Below, in pieces: positions 62,148 to 64,000 of a stretch of 64,000 nucleotides of DNA (position 1 is its first letter; every line of letters starts with the position of its first letter). A model generated the notes under the pieces. That model had not been told where the DNA came from. It saw only the letters and a list, made by a program, of their open reading frames with translations, and did no database searches. The position numbers and the translations under genes were made by a program. This DNA comes from Nemertoderma westbladi (taxonomy: Eukaryota > Animalia > Xenacoelomorpha): the NCBI GenBank assembly GCA_032718475.1, contig JAUCBJ010002048.1:4728-68727 (forward strand), written 5' to 3'.

Positions 62148-63722
62148 TCATTGAAGCACTAAACCTACTTTACTAACATCCATGGCCGGGCATTTCCAAT
62201 TGAACAAGTAATACTGTAAATTCCCGTCGCCGATGCCAAACTTGAGTTGCTCGAGGAACTCTTTGTTCTGCATTAGATCCAGAGCGTTGAAGACATCGAA
62301 TCCGAGGTTCTTAGCGAGGATGAGAGCGTCGTTCATCAGCACCGGGAGGGGAGTTCTAGTGGAGACGTTGTAGAAGGAATAGGCGGCACTGAGAACGTTG
62401 TAGACTGGGTGACTCATAACCGTGGAAGGGAGCGAATAGAAACTTATAAAGTCAGTGATTTTATCGTCTTGACAAACAACAAAACTGTAGATAATTTCTG
62501 ACTTGGGGACGAACCAGTGGCGGAATTCGTCCGCGTCGAACTGGGGTACCAGGTTGAACTGCTGCAGGTAGTCGTTGAGCAGCAGACAGCATTGCGGGAC
62601 GTCGGATTCGCGCAACTCGCGGACGCCGCTGGTACTCGGCAGCTCGGGGAGGCGGTAGAGCTTCAACGTGCGCTGGATCGTCATGTTACGCGCGAGATGA
62701 GAAAACTTGATATCGATGAGTTTCTTCGGATTGAGTGAGCGATGCCAGTAGCGACAGGTAGCCAATGGGCGGGGCAATATGACCCCGGCGGTGTAGACTG
62801 CTTGGAAGCAGCCCGCTAGGTTGACCCGTCTAGTTATCTCCTTAATGAGCACCGGGGCCACTCGCTTAGATCGCAGCTTCTTATGAACGCAAAGGAAGTT
62901 GATCTCGACCATTCGTCGTCTAACCTTGTAGACGACAACTGTCGCCGGTATAGCCGAAATAAAACCGATTAGTTTACGCGTTGCAGCGGCGCGAATACCG
63001 CAATACCATTCGGGGCGGCAGCCGGGAGGCTGAAGAGCCCAACGGAGAAAACCCTGAGAATAGTCGAAGCGAAACATCTGGTCGTCGTCCTCCACGTAAT
63101 TCTCATTTAGAAGAACATAAAGTTCCTTTAAGACGTCGTCATCATCGATGTTAAGAGTGTCCCATACGAAGCCGGAAGGGAGAGTGTAAGGCTCGTGGCG
63201 TATCTCAGCAACTTCTTTATCCTCTTCTATTACGCAGTTCTCAGCCACTTTCTCGTCGAATCCGACAACAGGTTGGGTTTCCCAGAATTTATAAGTTTTA
63301 TGTTTCGCGTCGGCAATTCGTTTTACAGGTTGGTTGCTTGGCTCTTGACGGGTCACCAACTTCAAAGCGCTCTCTAATTTAGCAATTTCATTGTGAATGT
63401 TCCCTTGGTTGCTAACTGCTCCTTCAACATCAGCAGCATCGGATTTCGGCACAGAACTCCCTTTTTTCCTTTTCTTGTTAAGTTTCTTTGCATTGACACT
63501 TACCGGTACATGTGTCGCTTTAGAATGCGATCCAGCTTCGCAATCACCATCATTGCAGACACCAAACGAATGGACATGTTCTTCAGATTCAACCAGTCCT
63601 TTTGATACAGGTATCGGCATGTCGTTAGTGTTTACGCAGTTGATACAAGCGGCATCATTACACTCATCCTTACTATAATTTAATGAATCGCCATTATTTG
63701 TCATGTTGTTCGATTCAGCCAT
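62148..63722 (-). CDS. NMT: Glycylpeptide N-tetradecanoyltransferase (N-myristoyltransferase), single coding exon
   Basis: [90 protein letters not shown] and C-terminal VGLVLQ. Confidence 0.97.
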   Translation of the reverse strand: MAESNNMTNNGDSLNYSKDECNDAACINCVNTNDMPIPVSKGLVESEEHVHSFGVCNDGDCEAGSHSKATHVPVSVNAKKLNKKRKKGSSVPKSDAADVEGAVSNQGNIHNEIAKLESALKLVTRQEPSNQPVKRIADAKHKTYKFWETQPVVGFDEKVAENCVIEEDKEVAEIRHEPYTLPSGFVWDTLNIDDDDVLKELYVLLNENYVEDDDQMFRFDYSQGFLRWALQPPGCRPEWYCGIRAAATRKLIGFISAIPATVVVYKVRRRMVEINFLCVHKKLRSKRVAPVLIKEITRRVNLAGCFQAVYTAGVILPRPLATCRYWHRSLNPKKLIDIKFSHLARNMTIQRTLKLYRLPELPSTSGVRELRESDVPQCCLLLNDYLQQFNLVPQFDADEFRHWFVPKSEIIYSFVVCQDDKITDFISFYSLPSTVMSHPVYNVLSAAYSFYNVSTRTPLPVLMNDALILAKNLGFDVFNALDLMQNKEFLEQLKFGIGDGNLQYYLFNWKCPAMDVSKVGLVLQ

Positions 63723-64000
63723 TACAGTGAATAGTACAGGCTGACAGGACAGGCAGACAGCAGGACAGGTGTAGGCGATAGACCTAGCACTGTACTGCTG
63801 TAGTTGGCCTACTGCAGTATTCTTGCTATTGTAGTGGGCCTACAATAGTTCAGTAGTTTATAGTAACTGTTAGTGTAGTAATTTATATAGCTACCGGTCA
63901 GCCGGTACCTGGGTACAGTCGTACAGTACAGACCTGCAGATTACAGGATTTACACTACCGCTACTGCTGTACTGGCTACCGTAGTTCTTCTTTTCTTACA

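Overview
Repeat-rich, AT-rich eukaryotic (invertebrate animal-like) genomic DNA. Three host genes are present. (1) A 5-exon Cys-loop/nicotinic receptor-like non-alpha subunit on the minus strand (47802->25842, 488 aa after splicing), whose introns are packed with repeats. (2) A 3-exon SLC25A20-like mitochondrial carnitine/acylcarnitine carrier (58333-59478, +). (3) An intronless N-myristoyltransferase (62148-63722, -). The centrepiece is a young, full-length 18.3-kb BEL/Pao LTR retrotransposon (3367-21654, GGAAT target-site duplication, 2.1-kb LTRs) with several unusual traits. Its third ORF is not env but a DEDDy/WRN-type 3'-5' exonuclease plus three CCHC zinc knuckles. It has no tRNA-type PBS; instead a 12-nt PBS is exactly complementary to a site inside its own LTR (candidate self-priming). 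A colinear long-range RNA duplex joins the 5' leader to the region around the pol stop and brings a splice donor next to an acceptor upstream of ORF3. Five dispersed hairpins share one apical loop. Gag and pol appear to be joinable by a small intron. Other mobile DNA includes a CRE-like non-LTR element carrying a Ulp1 protease and a captured proteasome Rpt2 3' fragment, a P/THAP element nested in a tRNA-derived SINE, RTE-like LINEs, MITEs, a ~590-bp foldback palindrome, a 5.7-kb 16-bp satellite, and long (GGGAGC)n and (TAC)n arrays. All calls come from reading the sequence by eye; no searches were run.
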